64,000 nt of DNA from Gammaproteobacteria bacterium (GTDB lineage: Bacteria; Pseudomonadota; Gammaproteobacteria; Natronospirales; REEB76): contig DAHUYB010000057.1 of assembly GCA_027315405.1 (NCBI GenBank), positions 8,380 through 72,379 of the forward strand, written 5' to 3'. The position numbers and the translations under genes were made by a program. Each line of letters opens with the position of its first letter. Positions within the stretch are counted from its first letter, which is position 1. The notes under the pieces were generated by a model. It was not told the DNA's origin. It was given only the letters and a program-made list of their open reading frames with translations, and ran no database searches. Of the stretch, positions 62,922 through 64,000 are shown piece by piece.

Positions 62922-64000
62922 TTGGCCAACACTTTCTTCAGGGCCTGCAACAGACGGGCATTCTGGTCCGGCAAGCCGATGGTGATGCGCAGATGATTAG
63001 GCAGGTCATAGTTGTGCACCGGCCGCACAATAATGCCTTCACGCAGCAAGGCTTCGTAAATGGCCAATGCCGGCTTTTTGAAATCCACTGTCAGAAAATT
63101 GCCGATAGATGGTATCCAGTTCAAACCGAGAATCTGCAGGCCGCTTTCCAGTTGGCGCTTGCCAGCCCGGTTAATCTGCAGGGTATTCTTAAGATGTTCG
63201 CTGTCGGACAGCGCCGCCATCGCGCCCGCTTGCGCGAGATTGTTGACGTTAAAAGGTTGGCGTATGCGGTTGAGCAATTCCGCCACTTGCGGGTGCGATA
63301 GCGAATAGCCCACACGCAAGCCGGCCAGGCCGTAGGCCTTTGAAAAAGTGTGCGTCACCACCAGATTGGGGAATTGCTGCAGCCATTGGGAACAATCCGG
63401 ATATTCGGGCTCTTCCACATATTCGCTATACGCTTCATCCACAACCACCAATACTTTTTGCGGCACGCGTTCCAGGAATTGCAGCAGACTGGTGCGATCC
63501 AACCAGGTACCGGTGGGGTTATTGGGATTAGCAATGCAGACCAGGCGTGTACGCTCATCAATGCACGCCAGCATCGCCTCCAGATCGTGGCCATAGGGCG
63601 TGCACGAATGAGTGCCGGGATGGGCGGCAGCAAAATGGATCGTCGCCCCCGCCGCTTGGACGACTATGGCGTAGACCGCGAATGCATGCCGCGAGATGAC
63701 GGCGTTATATCCCGGCTGCAAAAAGGTTCGTGCCAGGAATTCAATATTCTGATCGGAGCCGTCACCGAAGGTGATGCACTCCGGCGCCAGCGCGTGTTTC
63801 TTGGCAATTGCCAGGCGCAATTCATGGGTTTGACCATCCGGATAGATGGCGAGGTTTACCACCGCATCGCGAACAGCAGTAATAGCCTGGGGGCTGGGAC
63901 CCAGTGGATTTTCGTTGGAAGCCAATTTGACGACGTCTTTGGCGCCGAATTCGCGTTGCAGCTCGGCACTGGGCTTCCCCGGCTCATAGGGCTTCAGTCC
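62918..64000 (-). CDS. hisC: Histidinol-phosphate aminotransferase (start lies beyond the window)
   Basis: PYEPGKP, KLASNENP, NPNNPTG, DEAY, TFSKAYGLAGLRVG. Confidence 0.93.
   Translation of the reverse strand, partial: GLKPYEPGKPSAELQREFGAKDVVKLASNENPLGPSPQAITAVRDAVVNLAIYPDGQTHELRLAIAKKHALAPECITFGDGSDQNIEFLARTFLQPGYNAVISRHAFAVYAIVVQAAGATIHFAAAHPGTHSCTPYGHDLEAMLACIDERTRLVCIANPNNPTGTWLDRTSLLQFLERVPQKVLVVVDEAYSEYVEEPEYPDCSQWLQQFPNLVVTHTFSKAYGLAGLRVGYSLSHPQVAELLNRIRQPFNVNNLAQAGAMAALSDSEHLKNTLQINRAGKRQLESGLQILGLNWIPSIGNFLTVDFKKPALAIYEALLREGIIVRPVHNYDLPNHLRITIGLPDQNARLLQALKKVLAN

Overview
A 64 kb stretch of gammaproteobacterial chromosome, mostly housekeeping genes: ccmA-I cytochrome c maturation; uvrY-udg-uvrC-pgsA followed by tRNA Gly/Cys/Leu; icd, rluE, class II DAHP synthase, a lysine catabolism pair, uppP, a PlpD-like patatin, nfeD-stomatin, degV, fumC, purB-roxA, nudJ-mnmA-hflD, acnA, sseA, galU; and lapB-lapA-ihfB-rpsA-cmk-aroA-hisC. 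The main accessory feature is a ~5.3 kb islet that splits the ccm operon between ccmB and ccmC and is bounded by an 11/12 bp direct repeat. It carries a Cyc2-type cytochrome-porin gene (iron oxidase family) with most of its beta-barrel deleted, intact mono- and di-heme cytochromes c, and a cytochrome c pseudogene that lost its heme motif. It also holds a decayed second copy of the ccmB 3' end, two FNR-like boxes, and an intact pair (4-TM heme-c membrane protein plus a His/Met-rich P19/FetP-like periplasmic protein). Other oddities: an IS200/IS605 right-end-like mini-element upstream of degV, a pseudoknot-capable element between the HD-GYP and PilZ genes, an isocitrate dehydrogenase with a non-canonical cofactor loop and a 24-aa insertion, and several eroded pseudogenes (GNAT, SugE). 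All family assignments come from reading motifs by eye; no database searches were run.
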